A DNA stretch of 64,000 bases, taken from positions 1,248,001 to 1,312,000 of the forward strand of contig OZ219791.1 in the NCBI GenBank assembly GCA_964291215.2. The letters are read 5' to 3'. Source of the stretch: Alphaproteobacteria bacterium (GTDB taxonomy: Bacteria > Pseudomonadota > Alphaproteobacteria > MPNO01 > UBA830). Position numbers and translations under genes: made by a program. Each line of letters opens with the position of its first letter. Within the stretch, counting starts at the first letter, position 1. This document shows positions 11,002 through 21,580 of the stretch, piece by piece. The notes beneath the pieces were generated by a model. It was not told the origin of the DNA. It ran no database searches and was given only the letters and a program-made list of their open reading frames with translations.

Positions 11002-11559
11002 ATGGCAAGGAAGGATACGCGCCACGGCATTCTTCCGGGCGATCTGCCGGCCGAGGTGCTGGTCGAGCGCATGGTCCGGGTCGACCATGCCGGCGAGTAC
11101 GGGGCGGTGCGCATCTATGAGGGGCAACTCGCCGTGCTCAATGGAACGAAGTCCGGCGAGGTCATTCGCGAGATGGCCGAGAAGGAACGCGAACATCTCG
11201 CGGAATTCGACCGGCTCGTCGGGGAACGCCGTGTGCGCCCCACGGCATTGCTGCCGGTCTGGCATGTCGCCGGGTACGCCCTCGGCGCGGCGACTGCGAT
11301 GATGGGAGAACGCGCGGCGATGGCCTGCACGGTCGCCGTCGAGGAGGTGATCGAAGCCCATTACGGACGGCAGGCAGAGGCGCTGGGCGACGACGAGGCC
11401 CCGCTTCGCGAGACCGTCGAGCAGTTCCGCGAGGACGAGCGCGCCCATCACGACACCGGGCTCGAGCACGAGGCCGCGAAGGCACCGGGTTACGAGGCGC
11501 TGTCGGCGGCCGTCAAGGCGGGATCCAGGCTCGCGATCTGGCTCAGCGAGAGGATCTGA
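11002..11559 (+). CDS. coq7: Demethoxyubiquinone hydroxylase (Coq7)
   Basis: RVDHAGEYGAVRIYEGQ, AMACTVAVEEVI, FREDE.H diiron motifs. Confidence 0.93.
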   Translation: MARKDTRHGILPGDLPAEVLVERMVRVDHAGEYGAVRIYEGQLAVLNGTKSGEVIREMAEKEREHLAEFDRLVGERRVRPTALLPVWHVAGYALGAATAMMGERAAMACTVAVEEVIEAHYGRQAEALGDDEAPLRETVEQFREDERAHHDTGLEHEAAKAPGYEALSAAVKAGSRLAIWLSERI

Positions 11560-11564
11560 GCCCT

Positions 11565-12149
11565 TCAGAACCGCGCCATTTCGTTGCGGATCTTCTCGAT
11601 GAACCGCGTCGGTTTCGACGAGTCCCCCTTCTGCAGGCCGTAGAGCCCGAAATATGATACCCGGGCGCCCGAGGCGAGGAACGGCCGGAGGTAGCGCGTC
11701 ATCAGCCGGCGCGGGCCATCGCCGAGCCAGAGGAACGAGCTGCGGCCGCGGCTGTACGTGGCGACGGTCGCGGCGCGCCTGATTTGCTTGAGATCGGGTT
11801 TGAGGGCGCCGCCCTCGTCGAAACGGAAGGCGACGCCCGGGACGAGTGCCCGGTCCCAGAACCCCTTAAATATCGCTGGCGGGCCGAGGCACCAGACGGG
11901 AAAGCAGCAGACCAGCCCCTCGGCGGCGGCGATCCGCGCGGCGTAGTCCTCGAGCCGTGCCCGGTTGGCCTCGACATCGAAGTAGCTTTTCCGTTCCTCG
12001 GCCGAGAGCACTGGATCGAAACCCTCGGCGTAGAGATCCATGTCGTCGACCTCATGGCCGGCGTTCCGCAGCCCGTCGACGATCGCTTCGTGAAGGGCGC
12101 CGTTGAGGCTGTCGGCCAGCGGGTGGGCAAAGACCACGAGCACGCGCAT
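11565..12149 (-). CDS. NAD(P)H:quinone oxidoreductase, flavodoxin-2 fold
   Basis: MRVLVVFAHP..SLN, DLYAEGFDP, FPVW..PAIFKG.DR. Confidence 0.85.
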   Translation of the reverse strand: MRVLVVFAHPLADSLNGALHEAIVDGLRNAGHEVDDMDLYAEGFDPVLSAEERKSYFDVEANRARLEDYAARIAAAEGLVCCFPVWCLGPPAIFKGFWDRALVPGVAFRFDEGGALKPDLKQIRRAATVATYSRGRSSFLWLGDGPRRLMTRYLRPFLASGARVSYFGLYGLQKGDSSKPTRFIEKIRNEMARF

Positions 12150-12172
12150 CGCTTCGTCTCCCTGTCCGCCGC

Positions 12173-13432
12173 CTACGCGGCGAGCACTGGATAGCTGGTG
12201 AAGCCCCGGAAGCGCGCGCGCATGTGGTGGCGCGCCTCCGCGGCGCGTTCGATCTCGGCAAACCTCCGGACGAAGGCGTCGAGCGCGACGCTTACCTCCA
12301 TGCGTCCGAGCGACATGCCGGCGCAGACATGGATGCCGCCGCCGAAGGCAAGGTGCCGGTTGGGCTTCCGCGTGATGTCGAGGGAATCGGGATCCCCGAA
12401 TATGTCCGGGTCGCGGTTGGCGGCGCCTATCGCCAGCCACACATAGGTGCCCTCCGCCAGCCGTTCGCTGCTGATCTCGCCATTCGCAGTCAGCTTGCGG
12501 TTGCCGAGCTGGACCGGGCTCTCGAAGCGCAGGATTTCCTCGACCGCGGAGCCGATTAACTCGGGGCGGCGCCTGAGCATCGCGAGCTGGGCGGGAAAGC
12601 GGAGGAGCGCGTCGACGCCGTTGGTAATGGTGTTGGCCGTTGTCTCGTGGCCGGCGTTGAGGAGGAAGATGCAGTTGTGGAGGAGTTCGAGTTCCGAGAG
12701 CGTGTCGCCGTCCGCGTCGGGGCCGATGAGCTTGGAGAGCACCTCGCCGCTGTCGCCGGAAAGCGGGTTGCGTTCCCGCTCCCGGATCAGCCACCGCAGA
12801 TAGGTCTTGAACTCCTCGACGGCCTCGCTGCCCGCGGTGCGCTGTTCGTCGCTCAGCCCGGCCTCCAAGCCGCCGAGAATGGCTACGGCCCATGGCGACA
12901 GCCGGTGGCGGTCGGCGCGCGGCACCCCCAGCATGTCGCCGATCAGTTCGATCGGGAGCTTCATCGCGAAATCGTGCAGAAGATCGAAGCGGCCCATCTC
13001 CGCGACCTCGTCGAGCGCTTCGGCGACGACCTCCTCGACCCGCGCCCTGAGCGTGCGAAGTGCTCGCGGCGTGAATGCCGGGGCGAGGCGCTTGCGCACC
13101 CGCGTGTGGCGCGGCGGATCGTTGAAGACGAGGCTGGTGGTGTGGTGTTCGTAGAGCGGCGTGTCGCCCATGGTGCGCCGGAAATCGACCGTCTTGTCGG
13201 AAGAGAACAGATGCGGATTCCGGTAGATCGCGTCGAGATCGGCATGGCGGGTCAGGAACCGGGAGCCGTCCGGCAGCGTCCTGAGCGGCGCATGGCGGCG
13301 GAGCGCATGGAACACCGGGTAGGGATCCTCGTAGAACTCCCTGTCGAGGTGGCCGATGTCGAATGATGCCGCCGCTTCCGGCCCGGCTTCGGCAATGCCG
13401 TCATAGAGCGCATCGGCGTCGATCGCGTCCAT
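12173..13432 (-). CDS. Cytochrome P450
   Basis: DPPRHTR, AGHETT, EEILR (ExxR), [13 protein letters not shown] heme motif. Confidence 0.95.
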   Translation of the reverse strand: MDAIDADALYDGIAEAGPEAAASFDIGHLDREFYEDPYPVFHALRRHAPLRTLPDGSRFLTRHADLDAIYRNPHLFSSDKTVDFRRTMGDTPLYEHHTTSLVFNDPPRHTRVRKRLAPAFTPRALRTLRARVEEVVAEALDEVAEMGRFDLLHDFAMKLPIELIGDMLGVPRADRHRLSPWAVAILGGLEAGLSDEQRTAGSEAVEEFKTYLRWLIRERERNPLSGDSGEVLSKLIGPDADGDTLSELELLHNCIFLLNAGHETTANTITNGVDALLRFPAQLAMLRRRPELIGSAVEEILRFESPVQLGNRKLTANGEISSERLAEGTYVWLAIGAANRDPDIFGDPDSLDITRKPNRHLAFGGGIHVCAGMSLGRMEVSVALDAFVRRFAEIERAAEARHHMRARFRGFTSYPVLAA

Positions 13433-13560
13433 TGCGCCAGTTTATCGGCGGCGCCGGCGCGGGGCAAAGGCCGCTCCGGCGCTTGACCTGACCCGGCAAA
13501 GGGCGGCATCCTCTCCGGCGCACCGACCGGTGCCCGTATTTTTCGTCAGGAGACAGCGAG

Positions 13561-14148
13561 ATGCCCCGCATAGGCTACATTGAGGAACAGGAAAAGACCG
13601 AGGAAGTCCGCGAGATGATCGCCTCGGCGGAACGCACCGGGGCACCCGATCCCCGCGTCGTCAGCATCATGGCGCGGCATCCGACCGCTGGCCTGGGCTG
13701 GGTCAGGTACTGGAATTCCCTTCTCTATGAGGGCCTGCTGCCCCACGTGATGAAGGAGATGTGCCGGATCTTCATTTCGATGGCGCATGAGTGCGGCTAC
13801 TGCTCGACCGTGCGCTCGAAGGTCGCGCAGGAACAGGGGCTCACCGAGGACAAGGTGCTCGCGCTTTCGGACTTCGAGACCAGCGCGCTCTTCGACGCCC
13901 GCGAGCGCGCCGCTCTGCGCTACGCCAGGCTCTTCAAGCAGGGCGAGCACGCGATCGACAGCGATGCCGTGTACGACGATCTCAAGGTCCACTTCTCCGA
14001 GGAGGAAATCATCGAACTCGGGCAGTTGTGCGCCCAGACCGACGGTGTCGGCAAGCTCGTCAAGTCCTTCAACGTGATCAGTTGGGACGAGGCCTGCGAG
14101 ATCAATCCCGAGCTTTTCCGGGCGACGGCCCCGGCCCGGGCCGCCTGA
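13561..14148 (+). CDS. AhpD/carboxymuconolactone decarboxylase-like protein
   Basis: LP..KE..R..S.AHECGYC, ERAALRYA, HFSEEEIIEL. Confidence 0.8.
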   Translation: MPRIGYIEEQEKTEEVREMIASAERTGAPDPRVVSIMARHPTAGLGWVRYWNSLLYEGLLPHVMKEMCRIFISMAHECGYCSTVRSKVAQEQGLTEDKVLALSDFETSALFDARERAALRYARLFKQGEHAIDSDAVYDDLKVHFSEEEIIELGQLCAQTDGVGKLVKSFNVISWDEACEINPELFRATAPARAA

Positions 14149-14170
14149 GGCGCGTCCGCGAAGCCGGCCG

Positions 14171-15781
14171 TCAGCCGGCTTCGCGGTTCGGGGACAGTCC
14201 GACGATCCTTGCAAGGAGCGCGGCCGGGTCGTCCGGCGCCTGGTCGCCGCGCCATGCGACATGCTGGTCGGGGCGGACGAGGATCAGCCGCGCCCCGTAG
14301 GCGCCCGGCGCGTCCGCGGCGCTGTCGCGCACGACCTTCAGCGGCACCGCGAGCGCGGCGGCCGCAGCCTCGATATCGCGAACCGGCCCGTCGTCCGCCT
14401 CGAGGGCCAGCAGCGTGAAGCCCGAACCCAGCTCCTCGAAGGTGTTGCGTCCCGACGACAGCGCCCGCGGGGTCAGGTGATAGCCCGGCCGAGCGGCTTC
14501 GGCGTGGCTGGCGCGGGCGCCGCTCCGGTCGTCCGCGGCGCCGCAGACCACCGGCGATCCGGAATAGTGCGGAACATATGACAGGGTCCGCGGCGCGGCC
14601 GCGGCGGCGTGGTCCCCGTTCCAGGCGCGCGCAAAGGCTTCCGGGTCGCGCTCGGGATCATGTTGTTCGAGGAAGCGGCGGTCGGACTCGATGCCGGCGG
14701 CGATGAAGTGTTCGACGATGTCCTTCATCACCGGGCGGCGTTCCTCGTCGTAGGACTGCAGCAGCGCCTCGCCGCCCCAGCCCTCGAGGACGGCGGCGAG
14801 TTTCCAGCCGAGATTGGCGGCGTCCTCAAGCCCGTTATTAAGTCCGAAACCGCCATAGGGCGGATGGCTGTGGGCGGCGTCGCCGGCGATGAAGATGCGG
14901 CCGGAGCGGTAGCTGTTGGCAACCTCAATGCGGAGCTCCCAGAAGCCGACATGGTCGAACTCGCAGGCGAACCCGAACCCCGCCGCCCGGTGCAGGAGGC
15001 CGCGGAAATCATAGCCCTCCCGCGTCGTGCCGCGCGGCACGGGCGCGTGAAAGAACCAGCCGTCCTCAATGTCGATCCTGCCGAAGAACTGCCAGTAGCC
15101 TCTCAGGCGCCGGTCCATGACGCGATAGGTCGAGCGTTCGGGAAACCGCTGCAGGCGCTCTCCAAGCTCGCGCGAGCGGAACACGGCAAGGACCATCAGC
15201 TGGTCATAATCGCAGCCGGATCGCGAGACGCCGATGCGCTCGCGGACCAGCGAATGGCTGCCGTCGCAGCCGACCACGAAATCCGCCTCAAGCTCGCACG
15301 GCTCCCCGTCGCTGCCGGAGATCGCGACCGTCGCCGCCGATCCATCCTCCGTGACATCGGCTGCCGACTCTCCGAACCGCGCGTCGACGGCGGGAAGCGC
15401 GGCGATGCGGGTGCGCAGCACCTCCTCGGTCAGGTACTGCGGCAATCGTTCGTTGTCGAGGAAGAACCAGCGGTTGACGATCTCGCGCTGCGGCGGCGCG
15501 TACCACCAGTCGTCCGCGAGGTTCTCGTAGGCGACGATGCCGCTGGCCGGAAAATCCGGGGGCAGGGTTCGGGCGGTACGGATGGCGTCGGCGACGCCCC
15601 AGAACCAGAAATGCTCCATCGAGCGCTGGGTGAGGTTTTGGCCCTTGGGTATGCGCTGCGGTTGGCGGCGGCGCTCGATCAGCGCCGTACGGATTCCCCG
15701 GAGCCCGAGCACCGTGGCGAGCGCAAGGCCGACTGGTCCGCCGCCGACGATGGCGACCTGATAGCGCCGCCGCGGCGTCAT
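14171..15781 (-). CDS. FAD-dependent monooxygenase (PheA/TfdB-like)
   Basis: GGGPVG, VGCDGSHS, FIAGDAAHSHPPYGGFGLNNG, SYDEER, LVRPDQHVAW. Confidence 0.9.
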   Translation of the reverse strand: MTPRRRYQVAIVGGGPVGLALATVLGLRGIRTALIERRRQPQRIPKGQNLTQRSMEHFWFWGVADAIRTARTLPPDFPASGIVAYENLADDWWYAPPQREIVNRWFFLDNERLPQYLTEEVLRTRIAALPAVDARFGESAADVTEDGSAATVAISGSDGEPCELEADFVVGCDGSHSLVRERIGVSRSGCDYDQLMVLAVFRSRELGERLQRFPERSTYRVMDRRLRGYWQFFGRIDIEDGWFFHAPVPRGTTREGYDFRGLLHRAAGFGFACEFDHVGFWELRIEVANSYRSGRIFIAGDAAHSHPPYGGFGLNNGLEDAANLGWKLAAVLEGWGGEALLQSYDEERRPVMKDIVEHFIAAGIESDRRFLEQHDPERDPEAFARAWNGDHAAAAAPRTLSYVPHYSGSPVVCGAADDRSGARASHAEAARPGYHLTPRALSSGRNTFEELGSGFTLLALEADDGPVRDIEAAAAALAVPLKVVRDSAADAPGAYGARLILVRPDQHVAWRGDQAPDDPAALLARIVGLSPNREAG

Positions 15782-15817
15782 CGCGCCGCCCGCCGTTGCC
15801 GCGGCGGCCGGCCGCGG

Positions 15818-16744
15818 TCACTCTGCAGCGGCGGCAAGGGTGAAGCCGTACGCCCTGTAGAGTTCGAGTTCGGCCAGGATGTCGAGGCCGCGCTGCAGCG
15901 CCGCGCCCTCGAGCCCGGTGAGCGGCCGCCTGAGGTCGCCGGACGGGAGGCCGACCGCGCGCATCAGCGACTTCACCGGCACCGGGTTGATCGCGGAGTA
16001 GGTGAAGTGGAGCATGGGCAGCATGTTGAGCCAGGTCCGGCGGAAGTTCTCGGCGTCGGCATGACTCTTCCAGGGCCTGGACATCACGGCCATTTCCGCC
16101 GGGATGATGTTCCCCGACATGTTCGCGGTGCCGTGCCCGCCGAGCGACATGGTCGGCACGACGAGGCCGAGGTTGGGCGAATCGCAGCACATCAGCGACA
16201 GGTCGGGATTTCCGGCGGCGAGCTTCGCGACCTGGCCCACCCGTGCGGTCGATTCCTTGTTGACCACGATGTTGGGATGGCGGGCGAGTCGCAGGATTGC
16301 TTCCGCGGACAGGTCGGTCGCCACTCGCGGCGGGTTGTTGTAGATGCCGATCGGAATGCCGCTGGCGTCGGCGACATCGAGGAAGAACTGCTCGATGTCC
16401 TTCTCCGGCGCGCAGATGTAGGCCGGCGCGGCGATGATGGCGCCGTCCGCGCCCGAAGCCGCGGCGTGGCGCACATGGTCGATGGTGGTCCGGGTGTTGT
16501 TGCCGGTGCAGCCGTAATAGAACTGCATGGCACCGGTCCGGAACTTCATCGTTTCCTCGACGATCTCCCGGCGTTCTTCCGTGCTCAGCATCGACACTTC
16601 GCCGGTCGAGCCCATGATCAGCACGGCGCTGGTGCCGTGGCGCTCCTGGAAGTCGAGCAGCGTACGGAACCCGCCATAGTCTATTGATCCGTCGCGGTTG
16701 AACGGCGTGATCATGGCGACGAATGAGCCGGTCGGCTTGTCCAT
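15818..16744 (-). CDS. Dihydrodipicolinate synthase family aldolase
   Basis: AMITPF, GSTGE, IYNNP, KES, NPVPVK. GGAGG RBS upstream. Confidence 0.85.
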   Translation of the reverse strand: MDKPTGSFVAMITPFNRDGSIDYGGFRTLLDFQERHGTSAVLIMGSTGEVSMLSTEERREIVEETMKFRTGAMQFYYGCTGNNTRTTIDHVRHAAASGADGAIIAAPAYICAPEKDIEQFFLDVADASGIPIGIYNNPPRVATDLSAEAILRLARHPNIVVNKESTARVGQVAKLAAGNPDLSLMCCDSPNLGLVVPTMSLGGHGTANMSGNIIPAEMAVMSRPWKSHADAENFRRTWLNMLPMLHFTYSAINPVPVKSLMRAVGLPSGDLRRPLTGLEGAALQRGLDILAELELYRAYGFTLAAAAE

Positions 16745-16908
16745 GTTTCCCTCCTGTGCATGAGATGCGCACACGCAACCGCGCCATGTGACCATATTTG
16801 CGGGCTCGGTTCCAGCGGCCGCAGCCGGCGCGCACGATTTCCGTTGCCAAGAGCCGTGCGATGACGAACAATCGCCGCTGGCGCGACACGATTGGGAGGA
16901 ATCAGGCG

Positions 16909-17913
16909 ATGAGGGTTTTCTTGCGGTCGGCGTTTCGCTGCCGGCCGTGGCCGGCGGTGGCGGCGGCCGTCGCGGCCTGGATCTGCGTGGCCGTCTCGGC
17001 ACACGCCAATCCCGCGTACTGGCAAGCCTCGTGGCCGAAGACGGACTTCTCCAGGACGTCGGTCGAATTCTCGGAGATCTTTTCGGGCGGTCCCCCGAAG
17101 GACGGCATCCCGTCGATCGACAGTCCGCGCTTCGTGCCCGTCGCGGAATATTCCGGCACCGGAGATACCGAACCCGTGATTTCCTTCGCCCATGGCGGCG
17201 ATGCCCGGGCCTATCCGCTGCGCGTCCTGATCTGGCACGAGATCGTCAATGATACCGTCGGCGGGCTGGCGGTATCGGTGACCTACTGTCCGCTCTGCAA
17301 CTCCGCGATCGCGTTCGACCGCAGGGCCGGCGGCCGGGTGCTGGATTTCGGAACCACCGGCAAGCTCAGGAACTCCGATCTTGTCATGTATGACCGCCAG
17401 ACCGAAAGCTGGTGGCAGCAGTTCACCGGAACCGCGATCGTCGGACAATTGACCGGCACCGAGCTCCGCATGCTGCCGGTGCGCGTCGAATCCATGGAAC
17501 GGTTCCGCACGAGGTTTCCGTCCGGCCGCGTCCTGGTGCCCAAAGACCCGGACATGCGACCCTACGGCGTCAACCCCTATGTGCGCTACGACTCGCTCGA
17601 GGTTCCGCTCCTCTATCGTGGCGAGATGCCGGCCGGGATAGCGCCGCTGGCCTATGTCGTGAAGGTCGGCAAGGAAGCGTGGCCGCTCGAACTGCTGATG
17701 GATCGGGGCCGGATCGTCAGCGATGATCTCGTCATCACCTGGACGGCCGGCCAGAACTCCGCCCTCGATTCGCGCGAGATCGCGGGCGGCCGCGATATCG
17801 GCAACGTCGTGGTTCAGCGCCGGACCCCGGACGGGCTGCGCGACGAGGTCCACGACCTCACCTTCGCGTTCGTGTTCCACGCCTTTGTCGCGGACGGAAC
17901 GATACACAAGTAG
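16909..17913 (+). CDS. DUF3179 domain exported protein
   Basis: SGGPPKDGIPSID, ARAYPL..L.WHEIVND, TYCPLCNS, SDLVMYDRQTESWWQQ; signal-like N-terminus. Confidence 0.88.
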   Translation: MRVFLRSAFRCRPWPAVAAAVAAWICVAVSAHANPAYWQASWPKTDFSRTSVEFSEIFSGGPPKDGIPSIDSPRFVPVAEYSGTGDTEPVISFAHGGDARAYPLRVLIWHEIVNDTVGGLAVSVTYCPLCNSAIAFDRRAGGRVLDFGTTGKLRNSDLVMYDRQTESWWQQFTGTAIVGQLTGTELRMLPVRVESMERFRTRFPSGRVLVPKDPDMRPYGVNPYVRYDSLEVPLLYRGEMPAGIAPLAYVVKVGKEAWPLELLMDRGRIVSDDLVITWTAGQNSALDSREIAGGRDIGNVVVQRRTPDGLRDEVHDLTFAFVFHAFVADGTIHK

Positions 17914-17966
17914 CTGAGGGTCAGCTATATTCCGAAACCGGCCGCACCCGGAGGAGGTCCCGCGAC

Positions 17967-20027
17967 ATGCCGCTCGATACCGCCCATTCCGTTTGTCCGC
18001 ATGATTGCGCGAGCGCCTGTGCGCTCGATGTCGAGCTTGAGGCGCCCGACCGCATCGGACGCGTGCATGGATCGCGGACCAACAGCTATACCGCGGGCGT
18101 GGTCTGCGCCAAGGTTGCGCGCTATGCCGAGCGGGTGCATCACCCGGCGCGGCTGACGCAGCCCCTCAGGCGCAAGGGCGCGAAATCGGCGTCGTCGACG
18201 ATCGCCGACTTCGAGCCCATCGGCTGGGACGACGCTCTCGACATCGTCGCCGAAGCCTTTACCCGCGCTGCCCGGACCCACGGCGCGGAGACCGTGTGGC
18301 CGTACAACTATGCCGGCACCATGGGCAAGATCCAGCGCGACGCCATCCAGGGCTTCCGCAACGCGCTCGGCTATTCGCGCCAGCACTACACGGTCTGCTC
18401 GTCGATCATGCTCGCCGGCATGACGGCCGGCATCGGTGCCCAGCGCGGAAGCGATCCGCGCGAGTTCGGCGAGTCCGACCTGATCGTCATCTGGGGGTCG
18501 AACCCGGTTTACACGCAGGTCAACCTGATGACCCATATCAGCCGAGCGCGCCGCGAGCGCGCCGCCAGGCTGGTCGTCATCGACCCCTACAGGACGGCGA
18601 CCGCGGAGATTGCCGACAGCCACGTTCAGCCGCGTCCCGGAACCGACGCGGCGCTGGCGCTTGCGGTGATGCACGTGCTGTTCCGCGACGGTTACGCCGA
18701 TCGCTCCTACATGGCGCGCTACACGGACGATCCGGAAGCGCTGGAACGGCATGTAGCGGACCGCGATCCGGCCTGGGCGTCGGCGATCACCGGCGTCCCG
18801 ACTGCCGCAATCGAGGAACTGGCGCGCAGCTACGGACAGGCCGAGCGCGCGATAATCCGCCTCGGCTATGGTTTTTCCCGGTCGCGTAACGGCGCTGCCG
18901 GCCTTCATGCGGTGAGCTGCCTTCCCGCCGTGCGCGGAGCCTGGAAGCATCGTGGCGGTGGCCTCTACGGGTCGATCAGCCAGACATTCGACGTCGATTC
19001 GCGCCTCCTTACCGGCGTCGAGAACCCCGATGTCCGCCTGCTCGACATGTCCGAGCTCGGTCCCGTGCTGACCGGCAATGCGGAAGCGCTGAAAGGCGGC
19101 CCGCCGGTGACCGCGATGCTGGTGCAGAGCTCGAACCCGGCCGTGGTGGCGCCCGAGTCGGGGCGCGTCCGCGCCGGGATGCTGAAGGACGATTTCTTTC
19201 TCTGTGTCCACGAGCAGTTCCTCACCGACACGGCGCGGCTGGCCGACATCGTGCTGCCGGCGACGACCTTCCTCGAGCACGACGATCTCTACACCTCCTA
19301 CGGCCAGACCTTTCTCCAGATCGGGCCGCGGATCCTCGATCCGGTGGGCGAGTCGCGCAGCAATCTCGACATGGTGTCGGCGCTGGGCCGCAGGCTGGGC
19401 GCCGACTGGCCGGCCATGGAGAGGACGGCGTGGCAGCTCATCGACGAGATCCTTCTGGCGTCCGGCTATTGCGGCGCCGACGAACTCAGGGAAAGGCGCA
19501 GCATCGACATCGCACCCGCGTTCGAGGAGGCGCACTTTCTCAACGGCTTTCCGCAGCCCGGCGGCAGGTTCCGTTTCTGCGCCGACTGGGAGGCGCTCGG
19601 TCCGGCGCATGCCGCGCTTCCCGAGCTGCCGGACCATGTGCCCTGCATCGACGAGGCCGATCACGAGCGCCCTTGGCGCCTGGTGACGGCGCCGTCGCGG
19701 AACTACCTCAATTCGAGCTTTACCGAGACCGAGACATCTGCGATTCGCGAATCTCGGCCCGAGGTCATGCTCTACCCCGCCGATTGCGAGGCCATCGGCG
19801 TGGATGCCGGCGATCGAGTGAGAGTCGGCAATGCGCGCGGCAGCCTGGTGGTCCACGTGCGGCCTTTCGACGGAGTGAAGCCGGGCATCGCCATTGTCGA
19901 GAGCATCTGGCCCAACGACGCCTTCGAGGAAGGGATTGGGATCAACCTGTTGACAAGCTCGGAGCCCGGGGCGCCCAACGGCGGCGCCGTGTTCCATGAT
20001 ACTGCGGTCTGGATCAAGCCGGCCTGA
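17967..20027 (+). CDS. Molybdopterin oxidoreductase family protein
   Basis: CPHDC.SAC..C Fe-S motif, PGTDAALA, HEQFLTDTA..ADIVLPATT, C-terminal MopB_CT-like domain. Confidence 0.9.
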   Translation: MPLDTAHSVCPHDCASACALDVELEAPDRIGRVHGSRTNSYTAGVVCAKVARYAERVHHPARLTQPLRRKGAKSASSTIADFEPIGWDDALDIVAEAFTRAARTHGAETVWPYNYAGTMGKIQRDAIQGFRNALGYSRQHYTVCSSIMLAGMTAGIGAQRGSDPREFGESDLIVIWGSNPVYTQVNLMTHISRARRERAARLVVIDPYRTATAEIADSHVQPRPGTDAALALAVMHVLFRDGYADRSYMARYTDDPEALERHVADRDPAWASAITGVPTAAIEELARSYGQAERAIIRLGYGFSRSRNGAAGLHAVSCLPAVRGAWKHRGGGLYGSISQTFDVDSRLLTGVENPDVRLLDMSELGPVLTGNAEALKGGPPVTAMLVQSSNPAVVAPESGRVRAGMLKDDFFLCVHEQFLTDTARLADIVLPATTFLEHDDLYTSYGQTFLQIGPRILDPVGESRSNLDMVSALGRRLGADWPAMERTAWQLIDEILLASGYCGADELRERRSIDIAPAFEEAHFLNGFPQPGGRFRFCADWEALGPAHAALPELPDHVPCIDEADHERPWRLVTAPSRNYLNSSFTETETSAIRESRPEVMLYPADCEAIGVDAGDRVRVGNARGSLVVHVRPFDGVKPGIAIVESIWPNDAFEEGIGINLLTSSEPGAPNGGAVFHDTAVWIKPA

Positions 20028-20081
20028 GCCGGGCGCCCGGAGGGGGCGTGCCGCGCCTTCAGGGCCGCGCGGAGTGGCCGC

Positions 20082-20807
20082 ATGACCGGCTCGGGCGGCG
20101 GCAGGGGGCGTGTGCTCGTGCGCTCGACAACCGACCAGGTCACGGAGTTCCTCGAGAAGGTCGCGGCGACGCCGACGGTGCGGCCGGCCGCAGGCCGCGG
20201 GCGGCTGATCTTCGCGATGGACGCAACGGCAAGCCGCGAACCGAGCTGGGACCAGGCCTGTCATCTGCAGGCCGACATGTTTCACGCCACCGACGGGCTC
20301 GGCGGGCTCGAGGTACAGCTCGTTTTCTACCGCGGATATGGCGAGTGCAAGGCGAGCCCGTGGGTCACGTCGTCGGACGAACTGGTCCGTCGCATGGTCA
20401 AGGTCAGGTGCCTGGGCGGGCGCACCCAGCTGCGCAAGGTTCTCGCCCATGCGATCCGGGAGACCGACAGCCGGCAGGTCAACGCCCTAGTGTTCGTCGG
20501 CGACTGTTTCGAGGAGGATGTCGACGATGTCTGCCACGTCGCCGGCGAGCTCGGCATCCGCGGTGTGCCCGCCTTCCTGTTCCAGGAGGGCGGAGATCCG
20601 ATCGCGGCGCAGACATTCCGGCAGGTGGCCAAGCTCACCGGTGGCGCGCACTGCAGATTCGACCTGTCGTCGGCGCGCCAGCTGAAGGAGCTGCTGAGCG
20701 CCGTCGCCGTGTTTGCCGCCGGCGGGCGGGCAGCGCTCGAAGACCTTTCCAGCCGCGGCGGCGCGGCGCGGCTGATCACCAGCCAGATCGGGAAGGCCGG
20801 CCGCTAG
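20082..20807 (+). CDS. vWA domain protein
   Basis: RLIFAMDATASR (MIDAS-like), LVFYRG, VFVGDCFEE. Confidence 0.8.
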   Translation: MTGSGGGRGRVLVRSTTDQVTEFLEKVAATPTVRPAAGRGRLIFAMDATASREPSWDQACHLQADMFHATDGLGGLEVQLVFYRGYGECKASPWVTSSDELVRRMVKVRCLGGRTQLRKVLAHAIRETDSRQVNALVFVGDCFEEDVDDVCHVAGELGIRGVPAFLFQEGGDPIAAQTFRQVAKLTGGAHCRFDLSSARQLKELLSAVAVFAAGGRAALEDLSSRGGAARLITSQIGKAGR

Positions 20808-20850
20808 CCGGCGCCCGGCGAAGGGAATCCGTTCCCGCTGATGTGACCTG

Positions 20851-21549
20851 ATGCCCTATATCCTGCTCGCCATCGCCGTTGCCATCGGCCTGTTCCTGGT
20901 GATCAAGGGCCTGCGGGGCACCAGCCCGAAGAACCTCGGCCGCATGATCGCCATGGTCGCGGTGTTGCTCGGCACCGGCATCATCGTGTTCTTCGCCGCC
21001 ACCGGGCGGCTTGGACCGATCGGCTGGGCCGCGCTCCTGCTGCCGTTTCTCCTGCGCCTGCGCCAGATCAGGCAGGCGTTCCGGAACATGCGCGGGCCGT
21101 CGCCCGGGCGCAGCTCCGATGTCGAAACCCGCTTCCTGCGCATGGAGCTCGATCACGACAGCGGCGTTCTCAGGGGGACCGTGATCGCCGGAAAGTACCA
21201 GGGCCGTACTCTTGAGGAGCTCACGCTCGACGAGAGTCTCGACCTGCTTCGCGAATGCCGCGTCAACGATCCGCAGTCCGCCTCGGTGCTCGAATCCTAT
21301 CTCGACCGCGTCCATGGCGCGGCGTGGCGCGGTGGCGGAGATGGTGGCGGGCGGGCCGCCGCCCCGGACGGTGCCATGACCCGCGAGGAGGCCCTCGACA
21401 TACTCGGCCTCTCGCCTGGCGCCTCGGAGCAGGATATCCGCGAGGCGCATCGGCGCCTGCTGCGCGCGAACCATCCCGACCGCGGCGGGTCGACCTTCAT
21501 CGCCGCCCAGATCAACAGGGCCAAGGATGTGTTGCTGCGGGATGGCTGA
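20851..21549 (+). CDS. Membrane-anchored J-domain protein (Tim14/Pam18-like C-terminal J domain)
   Basis: N-terminal hydrophobic helices; MTREEALDILGL..AHRRL..NHPDRGGS..AAQINRAKD. Confidence 0.85.
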   Translation: MPYILLAIAVAIGLFLVIKGLRGTSPKNLGRMIAMVAVLLGTGIIVFFAATGRLGPIGWAALLLPFLLRLRQIRQAFRNMRGPSPGRSSDVETRFLRMELDHDSGVLRGTVIAGKYQGRTLEELTLDESLDLLRECRVNDPQSASVLESYLDRVHGAAWRGGGDGGGRAAAPDGAMTREEALDILGLSPGASEQDIREAHRRLLRANHPDRGGSTFIAAQINRAKDVLLRDG

Positions 21550-21580
21550 CGGGCGCCGCGCCCGGCCTTCCGGCGCCGTG

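Noticed and set aside
15818-16744. Naming this gene dapA
   Set aside because: GSTGE and YNNP variants and the catabolic context leave specificity open.
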